Shown: positions 44,247 to 45,957 of the stretch, piece by piece
How the letters are laid out: each line of letters opens with the position of its first letter
Position numbering within the stretch: the first letter of the stretch is position 1
Source: Rhizaria sp. SCN 62-66
Taxonomy: Eukaryota
DNA: 45,957 nt
Direction: 5' to 3'
Assembly: GCA_001724265.1 (NCBI GenBank)
Contig: MEDY01000362.1
Coordinates: 1-45,957 of the forward strand
Notes under the pieces: generated by a model
What the model was told of the DNA's origin: nothing
What the model saw: only the letters and a program-made list of their open reading frames with translations
The model's database searches: none
Position numbers and translations under genes: made by a program

Positions 44247-45957
44247 TTAATTGGAAGCTGCGTTGAGATCCTTGTGAATAACGATGACAGGGGCAGAAGC
44301 CGCTGAGCCAACCTGATAAGGCGTCTCTGCTTCGTTAACAGTCGTCTCGCTATTGAAATCCTCCGGCGCTGTGTCCTTCTCAGCGGAAGCAGCGGAAGCC
44401 TGAACCTGGTTTGGGGCTTCGTTGCCGTTGCTGTGGGCCACTTCGTCAGGCTCTTTTACACATACGTTAGCAGTAGCGGACGCAGGCTTGTTATCGGGCT
44501 CCGCAGCACCGAGGTGCGCGCCGTCTTCGTCAACGATGTGATTACCGGCACATGCGCCCGCGTTTACTTCAGCGTTGGTGTCAGTGTAAATGTTGCTCCC
44601 GGTGTTCTCGTTAGGGGTGATCACGGCGACAACGACAGGAGCGTTAGGATCAGTATCACCTGGGGCGGTCATGTTCTTGTTTTCTGCCTTGTCGTCTTTG
44701 TCGGCCTTGCGGCGGCAGCAAAGGCAGTACAGCACGACGATGATGATGATAATCAGCGCGACACCACCGACAGCAGCGCCGATGATGATCGCCATATCAA
44801 TGCCGCCGCCACTTCTGGAGGACTTGGTGCCGCCGTTGTCAGTGCCCGTGTCAGTGCCACTGACGGTGCCGGTGCCAGTCTCAGTGCCGCTTCCGGTGCC
44901 AGTGTCTGTGCCACTGCCACCTCCGGTGCCAGTGTCAGTGCCACTGCCGCTGCCGGTGCCAGTGTCTGTGTCGGTGCCCGTGTCAGTGCCACTGCCGGTG
45001 CCTGTGCCAGTGCCACTGCCGGTGCCAGTGTCTGTGTCTGTGCCGGTGCCGCTTCCGGTGCCAGTGTCAGTGTCACTGCCGGTGCCATCTTCGGTGCCAG
45101 TGCCAGTGTCAGTGCCGCTGCCGGTGCCACCTCCGGTGCCAGTGTCTGTGCCGCTGCCAGTGTCTGTGCCGGTGCCAGTGTCAGTGCCACTGCCGGTGCC
45201 GGTTTCAGTGCCACTGCCGGTGCCAGTGTCTGTGTCTGTGTCTGTGCCTGTGCCGCTTCCGGTGCCAGTGTCAGTGCCACTGCCGGTGCCGGTGCCTGTG
45301 CCAGTGCCGGTGCCAGTGTCAGTGCCACTGCCGGTGCCAGTGTCAGTGTCTGTGCCGGTGCCAGTGTCAGTGCCACTGCCGGTGCCGGTGCCAGTCTCTG
45401 GAACAGCGGGAGCGCTACACATGGCGTCCGACGTCAAAAACCCGGCACTACATGTCCCGCTTTCGGCGCCCATAACGTAGCAGCTCTTGGTGGCGGCGCA
45501 GTACGAGCAGCTGACCGAGGCAGTGCTGGCGGCCATGCACGAGGCGCATGTGTCAGCAAGCGGGAGACAGACTGCGTAGTCAGCGAGCGAGGTCATGGTG
45601 GAGCTGCTGGCCTGATTTGAGATAATGCCGACGTACTGCTGGTGCAGCGCGCTGCTCGTTGCCGTGTCGGTAGTGCTGGCGCTCGAGTCAGCGCCGATGA
45701 TGCGCACGTTAACCGTCACCACGGAGAAGTTGCGCGCCGTCGCGAGGGTCGAGAACCCGTACGGGCTCTCGTCTAGGCTGTGGCCGGCAGCGACGCTGCT
45801 GTCAGTAAAGGTATTGGACGAAATGTATATCACCTGCACGCGCGTCGTACTGGTGTTAATCTTTACGGCAATGTGGTTTGCCAGCATTGATTCAAACGCA
45901 CTGACGACAGCGGCGTCGTTCTTGCTGGCCGGCGCAAGCTCGCCCTGGCCCGCCTTG
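44247..45957 (-). CDS. Type I membrane protein, 5'-partial: PSI-like Cys module, Gly/Thr/Ser/Asp mucin-like stalk, TM helix, acidic cytosolic tail
   Basis: Frame is open from the window edge to TAA at 44247. '[24 protein letters not shown]...C...C', then a (GT/GS/DT)n stalk, then TM '[26 protein letters not shown]' followed by RRK. Confidence 0.8.
   Translation of the reverse strand, partial: KAGQGELAPASKNDAAVVSAFESMLANHIAVKINTSTTRVQVIYISSNTFTDSSVAAGHSLDESPYGFSTLATARNFSVVTVNVRIIGADSSASTTDTATSSALHQQYVGIISNQASSSTMTSLADYAVCLPLADTCASCMAASTASVSCSYCAATKSCYVMGAESGTCSAGFLTSDAMCSAPAVPETGTGTGSGTDTGTGTDTDTGTGSGTDTGTGTGTGTGTGSGTDTGTGSGTGTDTDTDTGTGSGTETGTGSGTDTGTGTDTGSGTDTGTGGGTGSGTDTGTGTEDGTGSDTDTGTGSGTGTDTDTGTGSGTGTGTGSGTDTGTDTDTGTGSGSGTDTGTGGGSGTDTGTGSGTETGTGTVSGTDTGTDNGGTKSSRSGGGIDMAIIIGAAVGGVALIIIIIVVLYCLCCRRKADKDDKAENKNMTAPGDTDPNAPVVVAVITPNENTGSNIYTDTNAEVNAGACAGNHIVDEDGAHLGAAEPDNKPASATANVCVKEPDEVAHSNGNEAPNQVQASAASAEKDTAPEDFNSETTVNEAETPYQVGSAASAPVIVIHKDLNAASN
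44837..45395 (-). repeat. Coding minisatellite (6-nt-based units, ~24-nt higher-order unit such as GCCGGTGCCAGTGTCAGTGCCACT) encoding GTGSGTDT repeats
   Basis: Tandem degenerate repeats read directly; they translate to (TGTGSGTD)n. Confidence 0.85.

Noticed and set aside
44433-45620. Plus-strand (VPVS)n and (AGAS)n ORFs, superficially articulin/alveolin-like
   Set aside because: Antisense frames of the GT/GS/DT minisatellite. The minus-strand frame has coherent Cys-module, TM and tail architecture.

Overview
Gene-dense, intron-containing eukaryotic genomic DNA, with GC-rich exons and AT-rich introns of about 145-334 nt. The GAPDH '[13 protein letters not shown]' loop suggests a SAR-lineage protist (inference). 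I can model 16 protein-coding genes: a TRIM37-like B-box protein, a GDP-fucose-type nucleotide-sugar transporter, ERD2, a giant Tweety/prominin-like protein, capping protein beta, CYRI/FAM49, a ~1840-aa disordered S/T/R-rich protein, two secreted proteins sharing a CBM52-like Cys module, an MTG1/RbgA-family GTPase, a coiled-coil plus Crinkler/RHS-type P-loop protein, ICMT, Jagunal, a Rab, GAPDH and a partial mucin-like type I membrane protein. There is also an Aurora kinase pseudogene fragment and a degenerate duplicate of the last ICMT exon. The main observation is that two genes carry nine in-frame TAG codons in total and no in-frame TAA or TGA. In MTG1 these sit in Gln positions of Gln-rich repeats, and all 16 gene models terminate in TAA (10) or TGA (6), never TAG. 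This points to a non-standard nuclear genetic code in which UAG alone encodes glutamine while UAA and UGA remain stops. All family assignments come from recalled motifs, not database searches.
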